Shown here piece by piece: positions 48,101 through 61,352 of a DNA stretch of 64,000 bases. Within the stretch, counting starts at the first letter, position 1. The number at the start of each line of letters is the position of its first letter. Below the pieces are notes generated by a model, which saw nothing but the letters and a program-made list of their open reading frames with translations, made no database searches and was not told where the DNA came from. Origin of the DNA: Azolla caroliniana (taxonomy: Eukaryota; Plantae; Polypodiophyta); assembly GCA_043228905.1 (NCBI GenBank), contig JBHGNT010000018.1:8122001-8186000 (forward strand), written 5' to 3'. The translations under genes were made by a program, and so were the position numbers.

Positions 48101-49633
48101 ACATCTTAGTTGCATTAGTGATAAGTTTAAGTAATTTATTGCTTTCCTAATTAATCCATGCATGCTGCCTAATTAGATGTATAATGAGTAAATTCTTCAT
48201 ATAAATGTATGTGTCATTTCTACTTATGTGTTGATTTGTACCATAAGTTGTAAGCAACAAAATATTACAAGCTAAAACACCATGTCAAAGAATTGTCTGG
48301 TATATATCACATATCATATATGATATTTTAAAACATTCTAACAAATTCACTAACAAGGTATTGTAATGCTTATTAAACTTCTTAAAATATATAAACACGG
48401 TGTACATTCCTTTTGAAGCTTAAGATTGCAAGTTCAAGTGCCATGCAATTGCATTGATGTTACATTCTTATAGGAAAAGTTCAATTCTACTTAAAGGTGA
48501 TGCACAAGTTCAATTTTAGTACTAAAAATTTGGCTTTGGGAATCACTTTCCATGACCGAAAAAGGTTGAAAATAATGCCATTGCCTCAAGGTAGGCATTT
48601 CCTAATTATGTGTTTAATATCGGAGTCGCAACTCTAACCAAAATGTTGGAAACAATGTCATTGCCCCGAGGCAATGCAATCAAAACTTGTTTCCTCATTA
48701 TGTGTTTAATATTAGAGCCACAATTGTGACCGAGCATTGAAATATCAGTTTGTAAAGAAGGAAAAATGCTTTTAAAATTCTCATACATACAACTTATAAA
48801 GCATATTCCTAAAAATATTCATATTTATCTAATGATATTGAAGAGAGAGCTTACGATTCAAGACCAATTTAAAACCTTAGGATACTCAATGAAACTTGAA
48901 AAATGTGCTATATATGTGTCTTAGTATGTAATGGTTTCACCTACATTCTTTTTTTAATTTTGGTTCCAAATGTCACCTCGACAGCAAATGGATAGTCTCT
49001 TGAGGGGTTAGCTAATTCAAATCAAACAAAGTTGAGGATGAAAACAACATAGGTTTATGAAGACACACCCACCCTCTAGACCTCTCCGAAAAGCCATAGA
49101 TACAAATTACAATCTACACAAAAAAGCAGTGCCCATCAAATGGATCAAGCTTTTCAATGGAGATTGTATATGATATTGCTTAACGAAGTTTCAAGGGAAG
49201 ATATTTCTTAAGAATGGTGGGGAATTTAGATCATATCCACCTACAAGGGCGGAAACAAGAAAGAGCTCTCTATGTAACACCGCATTATCTATGTACCAAC
49301 ACATTATCTAGGTTGGCTCTGCATTCAATCTTTTATGACTCAATCATTGAATAGAAAAGTAGTAAATGGGCAAAGGAACATATGGTTAAAGAGAGGGTAA
49401 CTAAGCTAGTTGCAGACTGAAACACTTAACAAACCATCTCATTATTGTCTCGATCATAATGGTAAAGAGTTAGTTGAACGTTAAGGAGTGTTTACTATTT
49501 CTTTGTGGGTATTGAAAAGCTTTTGGTATAATATCATGAAAAGGACTCAGAGAACATGTAGTAAAACTTAGTTTAACCTACAAAATAATAATTGATATTA
49601 GATTGCAACCAAGAGAGCAATGTGTGTGTGTGT

Positions 49634-49636
<3 letters not shown>

Positions 49637-49689
<53 letters not shown>

Positions 49690-50968
49690 ATTATCGTCTT
49701 CGGAGGTCAAAATATGACCTATGAGACAAAAAATATTACATTTCACGTGATACGTGTGAAAGTAAATAGTGACTCTCGATGTTCAAGAACTTTACCAATG
49801 AATGTTGCAATCGATAGTGCACATTGTGGTTGTGAGAGGAATTCATGCAAGGATTGGGCTCGGTCGAAGTGATGTGGAAAGCATGGTCGAATATGATAAA
49901 AGGCAGAGCATTGTATCAAAGTGTGATACTCAGACTCGCGAACTTGTTTAGGGCAAAGTGTGCATAGCCGACCACTCTCATCACTTGTGCCCCAACACCC
50001 TGTCTCACATCGCAATGCATGTGAGCTAAGTCGCATGGAAGCAATGGTTTAAATGGCAAATAACGGTATGGGCTCTAACATGTATCGATGTGTATGATTT
50101 CCCCGTTCCGCAAAGAATATGGTTTTGTAGTTAGGTGCAACATGTGTAGTATAATGTGTGAAGCGTGAGCCTCCACATTTGTCCCATGTCATGATACATT
50201 GGCGTTGCAAAAAGGCCTCATTTACAGAGGAATCTAATGATGCATCATGACGCAAGTGTCTTGCACCCCATCTACCAAACCATTTTTCTATATCTTGCAT
50301 CCAACTAGAACACAAAACTTTGCTTTTATGCGTCTTTTGGATCTTTTTGCTTGCTTCCCACGCAATTCTAGGAAGTCGATGTGAGGGTCTTTTTTGAACC
50401 TTAAGCATGTATTCAACAACCCTTTCCATGGCCATGATATCAATGGGAAGCGATCCCCTTTCAAGGAGGAGGGTGTAGGGAGTTTGTTTCGTAACTTATA
50501 GAAACTTTGTAAGAAAATGTTTTTGGACATTTTCAAACTCTTTCCAAATAGATTTAGGGATGCTACCGCCCCATACTTCCACCCCATAGAGAAGAACCGG
50601 TGTCACCAAAGTGTTGAAAAGATATTTCTTGAGGACCCAACACTTAATATCTCCAAGATTGTACGTGTTCTCAAATGCATAGTATGCTCGCTTACCCGCC
50701 TCTAAGTGGCGTGTAGCACATTCATTCCATCTATGATTTGAAGGAACTTCAAGGCCAAGGTATTTGAAGCTTTCCACACATTCAAGTGGCTCATTGTTGT
50801 ACATAATGCATGGTTTATCTCTTTTTTGGCTCTTCACAAGCATAATCTTTGTTTTAGAGCTATTGACACTTAATTTAGTATGCATGCAAAAAAATTCCAA
50901 TGCCTTCATAAGCTTTTGTGCATCTCCTAAAGTATTTGCAAAAAGCACTACATCATCTACATATAGCA

Positions 50969-50972
<4 letters not shown>
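49637..50972 (-). mobile_element. 5'-truncated LINE fragment (same broad clade as 5915-12443), embedded in a (CT)n tract
   Basis: LLYVDD..FKYLG..SSHALRCETG..LCTLCPKQVRESEYHTLIQC on the minus strand. 3' end motif shared with the first LINE. (GA)n at 49637-49685 and 50981-51026. Confidence 0.9.
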
Positions 50973-51028
<56 letters not shown>

Positions 51029-51688
51029 CGTTTTTGTTGTTGCTCTCTCTATCATTAACAAACACTAGTATTTTCTATTGTACAATTGAGTGAAGTTAGG
51101 CACATAGGCATACTACTTTTAGATCTTTCTTGTGCTTCCATGCAACTTGATCACTCAGTGAATCGTCCAGTCCACTCATCATACTTGTGATTGGATTGTT
51201 TGTGGAAGCAATGAGAATTTTTCTACTTCATTGGATATCTAATTTGTTGGAATTTTCTACTCCAAATGTGTTGAGCTTTAGGTTGTACAAAGATGAGATA
51301 TTTTCAATTACTCCATCTTGATTTACAAACTTCATGTGTCAAGGAATTGTAAGACTCATACCCCTTTCAATATACTCATGAATGGATTTAGATATTTATT
51401 ATGGATGCACTTAGGATTCCACACCTAAAAAATTGCAATACTATTACGCTCATTGAAACCTAATATTTTGAAACACCTAAACGAAGTGAAGGCATGCATC
51501 CATTACCATTTTATCATCCCCCATGTCATTTTAAAGTGAGAAGGGCAATCACCCTCATCTATATTTTCAATATCGATCTTGAAATTGAGGTGTCTAGAGA
51601 GGAAACCTACTACAATGCTTCGTACCATCAATTACTGATGCGCTTACCTTATGCACTTATCTAACTTACACGCACACACACACACACA

Positions 51689-51721
<33 letters not shown>

Positions 51722-54700
51722 CTCTTTTGCTAGGTCTTTTGTGACTTGTGGGGTCCCATGGGGCATTTTTGGCCTCCCTAGGACATTACATACCCATATC
51801 CTTCCTTTCTCTTTCATTGACTCTATAAACACACTCACATGTCCTTCCTTTGCCTCATCAACACAATAAATGTTTCTTCATGGGGTAGAAAAACCTAATC
51901 TATCTCTAAAAAACCGAGGGAATCTACATCGATGTCTTTAATAGAGTCAACCACACTTTTGTAGACTCTTTCTAGATTCGGATATGAAAGGTGTTTCCAT
52001 TGTTGTCTCGACATACCTTTTTAATTAATTTTTCTCTCTATCCAAATTAGCATCAAGCAAAATTAAGGAATAAAGGGCGATAGACCACCCAATTGTCTCC
52101 TAACGAAGGCGAGAGATGGATCGAAGTCCTATGTTAGTGTGTCATACCACCAAGTCCGGACATGGGTCATACCTTGGATTTGAAGAAGGAGCACACGTGT
52201 ATGAAACTAGAGCTTTGCCTCATCATCAAAGTCTATGAAAAAAAAAGGTATCTAGCCTTTTTAGATAGGCTCAAACCTTGGGCTCTTGTTAGTTGCACAT
52301 TTGATTTGTTTATTATAAGTGGTCATGTGATCAAACACTCTGAAGTTATTTCCCACCATTGGATTGAAATAACTAAATCCTTACCTTTCATTAAGGAATT
52401 ATGCCAAATTAACCCTAAGGTTAAAGAACTAAACTTATAGTACCACACTCTCTCAAAGTATGAAACTTAGATACAATGCTTTGCCTTTAATTAATCACAT
52501 TCAATTAGATTTCCACACATATTCAAACCAACCCAATCCTTGCACATAGTTTTTCTCACATTCACAATGTGCACTCTCAATTGTGACATTCACATGTAAA
52601 GAAACATTGCATTGTCATTTTTCGTTTTCAATAACACAAATATGGTCCTGACAAGTCACTCTTTCCCCTTTTCCTTACCGATTATTAATCTCCTTGCTCA
52701 AAGATGGAATACTTGTATCTTAACTATTTTAATGGATCTTCACATTGCAAGCATAAGGCAATTTGGTGTCCCAAGTACACCGGGACCATTGTATTACTCC
52801 AAATTTATATGTGAAATCGTTCCTTCTTCCTTCTTTATTTCATGAGAATTATTTAGTTTATTTACCTTTTTTGAAGCTCCTTGTTTTATGGCTATCCTTG
52901 TCTTTTTTGAAGGGCGGCTAAACTTCCTTAGGTAGTTCGCACTACTATCAACCTGGCCGACAATTTCTTTTTCCTACAAGACAATTCCACTATCCAGGGG
53001 AATAATCTCTTGTCTTGGTATTTGCAAGTTCCAATACATGATGGGGGCAGAAATGGGTCATCCCTTTCCATATTTTGGCCTCACTTTTCTATTTATGCTA
53101 CAATTTGGGGCAAAAACAATCTATTGTTAACTCAAACTAAGAACATTAGACTCACCATATACAAGTTATGATAGTATTGTTGGCCATGTTTGTCATGTAG
53201 GCCTCACTATGCTACTTTGTATAAGTGTGAGTTCTAAAAGGATAAGTTTGCTTTGCACCCCAAGGGTAATTTAACTTGTCAAATGTACATCGCTTAATTC
53301 TAGGCATTAAGACCCTCTTTTTCTTCTCCATGAATGTGAAATGCTTGACTAGACTAAATAAAAAACCCATCCCATTTTTAATCAATAAATCTCGTACATA
53401 AATTTCACATTATCACCAACATGCAATCACCCCAACAAGAAGCCATACATGCATTTGGGTTGTTATCGATTGTAAAATGTGCTAACTTCTAAGGTAAAAA
53501 TAATTAAAAAAATACCTTAATAGAAGAGAAAAATTTGTTTAAATATGGAATAGTTTGTTGGAAGTAATTTGAATCTTGGTGCTTTGGTATATAAATAATA
53601 TTAATTGAACCATCACAATAAACCGTCTTCATATGGGGCCAATCATTTAAATAATGGGAAAGAGAGCATAGTGTGACCTTGTTTGGAGCTATTGGCCAAA
53701 CAAAATAGAATTTGATGTCCCAAGAAATGATTGTGCCAACACAAAAGGTTTGCTGAAGAATTTCCAGCTGCACATATCATTAGATTGTGATATGAACACA
53801 TTCACAAACTATGAATCTACTCATGGTATATAACCTCTCACTTGTCCTGCACCATGCCCAAGAGACTGTACATATTCCCACAAAGGACGTCCTTCTTAAA
53901 TACTTTCTCAACAATGTTGTGCTTGAACATAAAGAATTCAAATATTCAAGTGGTTACCCGTTTTGTGCATTGGTGCATTGCTATGTACAATATTTAGACA
54001 TGAATGTATTTTCCTTTTGGAACCACCATACACAACCTAACTTTATTATAGAAATTCATTGCATATATTAATTGACTCAATTACTCTACATGGATTTTTT
54101 TATTCATAAATTTCAACAATCTACTCTTTAGATTATTGTATCCAAACATCCAACTTTGTCAGCATAAACCCACATAATTTAACATCGAATTTTCTTGATT
54201 TCTTCATTGAATACCTTTTTAGGATTCAATAATCTCACAAGGAGTTATCTCTTGGGTTGAGGTTTATGCTATTATAAAAGATCATGACCTAAATAATAGG
54301 CCTTTGCCTATGTTTGGTCTCTCTTCCATGCTTCCAAGAGTTTTCCTTTTCCGGGATCTCCTTCTTGGGTCATCTCGTGATAATGTTTAATGGTGAGGAG
54401 ACCCTTGTCACTCATTTATTGTCCATTTCCCGATGCTTCCACTCAAAGTTGAGGTTAATTGCTTCCAAGTACAATTTAAACATTGATGGGTTTTCTTGAT
54501 TTAAGCATGACGATTAATCTATCTCAATACCCAATTGTAAATTCTCAGGATTAATCCCCTCAATTACTTTACATAAGGTTATATCTATAACCGAAATGTA
54601 GAAAAGGATGTAAAACCATAGACATCAAGTTCCAATCTCACACTAACTAGCACAAACACACACACACACACCCCTTACCACTAGACTAAAGAATTTCACC

Positions 54701-57547
54701 TAACAAATGAATAATCAAACATATAAGTAGGCATTAACCTCTAACAAAAATGGGTGAAACAAATGGAACTTTGACTTTTAAAATGCTCAATGGGAGTGAG
54801 TTGCTAGAATTTTCAGAAAATGTCTATATGGCATACTGGAAACTCTTTCTAAATATCTACCTTAGTACTAATAGCATTGTGATTCCCTGATCATATGGTT
54901 GTATCTTTAATTCCAGTCCATCTTGATCAATTGTTATTTGATTGCTAGATACGTATTCATCAATAGAACTTCGGGAACTCTTTCTAAATATCTATATTAA
55001 TACTAAGCTATTGATATGGCGTGTCGATAAATCTTGTACTTGTCGATAAATGGGTTTGATAATGTTGTGTTCACTAAATATGAGTAATTCATAGCATTAG
55101 ATTGACATCATACATACTAGCTAATTACTCCTAAAATGGTTTTAAAACTTTGACATTGTCAATTTCCATAATATAATGACTATAATTCAACATATCCTAG
55201 TCATTTTTATTTTTATTTTCCAAAAAAAAGATACTACATTAGTATTAGAAAACGCCATAAGGCTAAACATACAAGATATCCACAGATCCCTTATACTTTT
55301 CTAAATTCTCACCATCGGCTTAAATAAATACTAATGGTGTTGAGTAATCCCCTATATCCTATCATTCATACGTATGTGTGTACATAAAATGCTTAGCTAG
55401 CTAGGACATTAAGGGGGGTTAAAGGGTCAATGTGTGGTTGTGGCCATGTAAATTAGGATAAATAAACTAAGAGGTTGAAGAGACTCAAGATGCTTTATGT
55501 GATGGGTGCCACGTGGGCAAGGATACAGTCAAAGACAGAGTGAAAATGAGTTCCATATCTCTTTTATGTGAAATTTTATGTGAGAGCTAGGTAGCGCCTA
55601 TGTGATAAAAGGTTGCTATGCCAATGTGCTTGTATTGTACCTAAGTTATAATGAGTGCAACCATGCCATCATTTGCTTATTGTAGTTGGTCGGCCAATTC
55701 AAAGGATTTTGATGAGCTCTACAAGTTATCTTGGGAATTGTTGACCACTCTAGATGAGTTGCATAGCATAATCTGAGACTTTGTTGATTGTATCAAAACT
55801 CATAGGTAAATTATTAGCGATTGATCTTCTATGTGGAAAGACATCATGTAGTGTTGGAAAAACTATTTACTTAAAGCTTATAACCTAATACTCTCATAGT
55901 GGTGGGACTCCATTGGTTTTTAACCAAATATTTTCATGTTTCCAACATTAGAAGGCTTTCAAAAAACACAACATGCCCTTTGCTTGGTCTAACATGTAGG
56001 GATAATAATATGCGTCTATCGATTTCTTGGGAACTAATAAAACAATGATATGCACAATCTCAAATAATGTAGTTAGGGAGTATGGGAGACACTTTAAGTC
56101 TAAAACGGGTTAATGCTAATATAAATAAAGTTGTAGTTGATTGTATGTTGTATTGGGTAGAGATTTGGAGATCACCACATGATGAAGAAAACCTACAATT
56201 TTGACAAAATTCATTAAATTGACAATTCAAGGGAATGCCACCTTGGCACAACATGCCTACAACAGTTAGTACATTACGAAAGTTGCAACTCAATTATAGC
56301 TCAAAATCCTATGGAAAGATAGAGAAAAAGTTGGTAATATGTTGTTTTGATGGTACAACGTTACATCTACACAAAAGAGGCAATGAGACCAAATAAACGA
56401 ACCGAAAAAGTTTGCACTCGAGGAAAGACATAAAAAAAGGAACACATTGAAAAGGTAATGTGTAGTTCTCATGATAAATAAAGACATTCACCAGTAGCCA
56501 ATTGAGGGCCAATGGAGATTCTCAAGGAGGTTACGAGACCAACGAGAGCTAACTAACCTAGAGCATGTAAAAGATAACAAAAATCTTCACAATGTTGGGA
56601 AACATGTCGCCTTCACTTTACTTACACCAACTTAGTTTGTTGGATATATATGTAGTTTGGATTAACAAATCTAGTTGGTGGACATCATGTATATTATATT
56701 CTAAGTTTGATTCTCTAAAAATCCCCCTTTGTTTTCTCCTAACTCATATTGTTCGAGATTTATTAAAAGGAAGTCTATAAACCTGAGGATTGAGTTTCTA
56801 GGACATTGGTTCAATACAAACATCAACAATTTCTTGGAATCCCATCGTGCCACTCAACATGTCCATTGACTAATGCTTTATAATCAATTCTTGTTTCAGA
56901 AATCCATGACAACATAAAGTTTTGAGCACATGCTATCCATCAATTATGAATAATAAAGAGTTGTATAATCACCGTTATGATTTTGTGAACATCTATAACA
57001 TATATCACACCCACTTCTTGACAAACAAATTTAAGGAACTCAAGGGCAACACATCATTCTACAAGTGGTTCTAAATTTGATTTGGTTATGTCATTACAAT
57101 GTGTACACTTTTCTTCTTTTCATGTTTTAGCATAAGGGTGACAATTTTACTCACACCACTAGCATTAAGGGTGTGACTATCCTATATACATATACATATA
57201 TATATTTAGAGATAATCACATTGAATGTGACTATGTGACCAAAGATATCCAAGTAAGACTGTTCCCAAGTGGTCATGGATAATTTTTATCATTGCTATTG
57301 TGGGTAGAAGGAGATGCTGGAGGAATTAGCATTAAAGGGAAAATGAAGGAAGTACTATTTGTCTAGGTGCGAACACAAATAAGGAGAAGAAGAGGGGACA
57401 AATGGAAGTGTATATACATATATAAATAATGGGTGAAGCAACAAAGGCTGAGAACTCCCAACATGATAGCAAAGGTCCTTAGCAAAGGTCTTAATATTAA
57501 AGAGGAAGCATGCAAATTGATGAGTTGCAAGGGGTGTGCTTACCATT

Positions 57548-58250
57548 ATGGGAGGATTTGTTTGAAAACCCTACATTTAAGGACAACTAAGAAGAGTATT
57601 GAGGTGGGGTAGAAGAGATGCTATCACATGTAATTGAGGCACGCTTGTGTTCAAATTTGATTTTTGTTGCAACAAATCACATCGGAGAATGAGCATGATA
57701 AGGATGGAACTATGTCTCTATTTCGTTGCACATGTAATGAGGCATGATTGTGTGGCAAATTTGATTTGTGTTGTAACAAATCGCATCAACGAATGAGCAG
57801 GATAAAGATGGACCTATGGGAGGGTTTATTTGAAAACCCTATATTTAAGGACAACTAAGAAGAGTATTTTGGTGGGGAAGAAGAGATGCTATCACATGTA
57901 ATTGACACACACTTGTGTGTCAATTTTGATTTTTGTTGCAACAAATCACATCAGAGAATGAGCATGATAAGGATGGAACTATGTCTCTATTTCATTGCAC
58001 ATGTAATCGAGGCATGGTTGTGTGGCAATTTTGATTTGTGTTGCAACAAATCGCATCAGTGAATGAGCATGATAAGGATGGACCTATGTCTCTATTTCAT
58101 TGCACATGTAATCAAGGCATGCTTGTGTGGCAATTTTGATTTGTGTTGCAACAAATCGCATCGGCGAATGAGCATGATAAGGATGGACCTATGCCTCTAT
58201 TTCATTGCACATGTAATCAAGGCATCAGAGAATGAGCACGATAAGGGTGA
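57548..58250. repeat. Composite tandem array: ~105-bp unit (about 5-6 copies) plus a twice-repeated ~75-bp spacer
   Basis: CACATGTAAT..GCAACAAATC..GAATGAGCATGATAAGGATGGA recurs at about 105-bp period. ATGGGAGG..TTTGAAAACCCTA..AGAAGAGATGCTAT occurs at about 57548 and 57817. Confidence 0.9.
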
Positions 58251-61200
58251 AACTAAGTCAAACATTGTGTCACAAAATGTCAATACCAACGGTCAAACCT
58301 ATAACCTTTAAATGAGAGCCTTACACTTTAACAATCACACCCACTTATTTCAATTAATACAGAAATATATTTTCATATTATAATTATTTAAAGTTATGTG
58401 GCATTGGACACAATAGATGATAGTCAAATGGCATGCATGCATACATGTATGCCAAGTGGCGATCATGCATGATCCTATGTATGCTATATAAATGGAAGAT
58501 TTGCTTAGTGTTGAACCATTCAACACCAGTCTTCAGCACCCTTGTCATCTTGGTCTCAAGCTAATACAAATTCTTGTCTTCGTGTTCTATTATTGTCTTC
58601 TCGTTTTGTTATTATATTCTTTTCTTCAAAATCGACATCGTCTTCAAAGCTTTGGTTGTGACACATGGGACCACATACATGAGCATGAGAAGGATTGAAC
58701 TATCTCTATACTTCGCTAGTTTGGAAATAAGTCAAATATTGGACCATATACATTGAATTACAACACTTGATTAGTAGCTTATTTTGCTAGTTCCTCAACA
58801 AGAAGGGCACAATGAACTTTGACTGTAAAAAGAACACTTGTTGTGTATAATAATTGGTGTAATGCCACTATTAAACTCTTTCGTGTGGTTCTTTGTATGT
58901 ATTATTATTTTATTGGTTCCAAGCTTTCACTTTGTTGCCTTTCATTTGCAACATCTACCTAAATTGCCATAAAAATTTGTATGACTTTCAGCTTGACATA
59001 TGCTATTTTCTAATCCCATTTTCATCCAACATCTCATGAAACAATCAAATCTTTAATAAAAATGTAACGATACCTTTGTTGTCAACCATGCATATTTATA
59101 GGGGTTTTCTTAGCTTTGTTGACGTGATCAAACCAACGTCAAAAGATGGAGTGATATTGTATGGAAATATGTTATTTTCACTTGACATGTGGCATTAAGC
59201 AATGAATGGCATGTATCTCTTAGAACAAGGTACTACCAACAGGAACCCAATCATGTTTTGAAAGTATAGAAAACCGGTTTCTCTTCACATTCTTGTATAC
59301 TCTACAACAAGTAATGACTTGTATGTGAAACAATCCTCTACAACTACCAAAATCCTTCGATAGATTCATGATCATACTTATTTTATAATATTTATAAACA
59401 TGAGACAACACATGTGATCTTGTTCTTTAACACTTTGTTATTTCTTTGTAACCAAATTGTACATTGCAATTACTCTATCATAAGTGGCTTGCTTTTGAGC
59501 TTTTTTCTCCCCCCCACCCCCTATCAACCATAATTTGAAGTTAGTTTGTTGTTTGATCTTGACCAACCAACTTTTCTTTCAGTTTTTTATATAACTTTTT
59601 AAAGTGATTACACCTCCAAAAGAGATGAATGATTATTTCATCATGATCCTTGTAGAATTGGCATACTTTTTCTCCTTGTTTGACCCACATAACTCTAGCT
59701 TTTAACCAAGTTCCTTGATGTCTGAGTTTCTAAGTTGAAGGTTTGCACTTTGCGTAGTAACATACATCCCATAATTGAGATATTTGTGACTGTATTCCAT
59801 TCTAAATGGTGACATAACATTTGTGTAATTCTCCAATGTTCCACTCCCAATAGTTGAGACTTTGCAAGGTTGAAAATTCCGTGCTTTCCTACTTTCATGG
59901 CACCCAATTATAAAATGTTTTTCAAAATCATCAAATTCAAAACTCCTTTTAAATTTATTCCTATGTGCACTAATGAATGTAGTTGCATCTCATGATCGTC
60001 TCCAAAGTTCAGGATTCTTTCTTGCTAGCTTAGACCTTCCTTGACCTTCTATGTGATGGGGGGACCATAAGCTAAGCAAGAAGAAAATGGAATGGTTGTG
60101 ATGTTGAGGTATGAGGCATAATTTATCTTTAAGCAAAGTCAATGCATTTCAAATATTCTTCCACAAGTTTGAACTATTGCTAATAGTGGAAAATAGTTCC
60201 ATGAACACCCAAACACTTACAAACCATGACTCAAGAATCCCACTTGAGAAGTCACACAAATTTGCATTCCTTACTAGTGCAATGTCTTTTTGAGCTATGT
60301 AAAATGCAGAGTTAGATTCCTAAGACCTCATCAATTGCTTCTTCATTCCAACATCTTTACATTTGAAACTTGGAATACTAAGAATAATATTTGATCACCT
60401 TCATATTTTCCACACAGACAACATCTCTACGTGGATGTTACTCAAAAAGTTGAGAGGTTCTCTTCCCCCTTAAGCACGAAGCACACAAAAGCTTTTGCAT
60501 ATTTCATACACAATGGTCCCAACATTGCATCTACATTTTAATCACTACATCCCTTCCAAGAACCTATGTTTTCTAGTTAACTCACACATATCTCTTTTCG
60601 AATTGCATAAGACAGTATGGCGACACAATCTTTAATTTTTCTTGCTAATAATTTCTACATACACTTGTCTTGTGTCTTTGGTTGTCTCTAAGAAAAAGCG
60701 TTGCTTTAGCCCATTTAAGTAGGGGCTATTTAGTCACTAAAAATGCCACTAGGCCTTCTATTAGTTTGACATTGCATCAATGATAATAAATACAGCGAAT
60801 CTAATCACGAACCTTCCAAAACACAAATTCTTCTTTGGAAAAGTACAGTCGATGTATCATCTCACCTTGGTATAGAGATAGCATTTATGCTTACCAAAAT
60901 AAATTCAATCGTTCTGTAAAAATATGCATTCAGATTAAAGGTTAGCCTGGTTTTCTTCACACAACACATGCATAGATGTTTTTATCTTCAGCACCACACT
61001 TTGAAAACAAGCTAGACATTAAACCACAATTCACTAGCCATACCTAAAAAAGACACTCCCTATATTCACAGAGACAAGAGTTATCCGAATAATACGCCAC
61101 AAAGCTTTCTTTGAAAGCCTGAGCAACAACTTGATTTGATGACAAGGCAGCATTTGGCCACATCACATGCATATATAATCATTACCTTTAAAACTGTATA

Positions 61201-61352
61201 TATAAATATATTAACAATTCTAAATAGTTCGATTCGTTTTCAAATATCCACAATTCTCACAGCCCATTGCAAATCTTTCTTAACTAGTGCTTTCTTGGGA
61301 GTTATATGCAATCAAAATTACCAATATACAGTACAGCAAAGCACATTGGGCT

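Noticed and set aside
57548-58250. CRISPR-like array or repeat-protein gene
   Set aside because: Eukaryotic context, contiguous units without unique spacers, and no sustained ORF.
52900-60700. Decayed PIF/Harbinger-like transposase remnants (e.g. 53504-53773 and 59695-59907, minus strand)
   Set aside because: Only a faint resemblance, with no intact catalytic motifs or TIRs seen. A tBLASTn or HMM search is needed.
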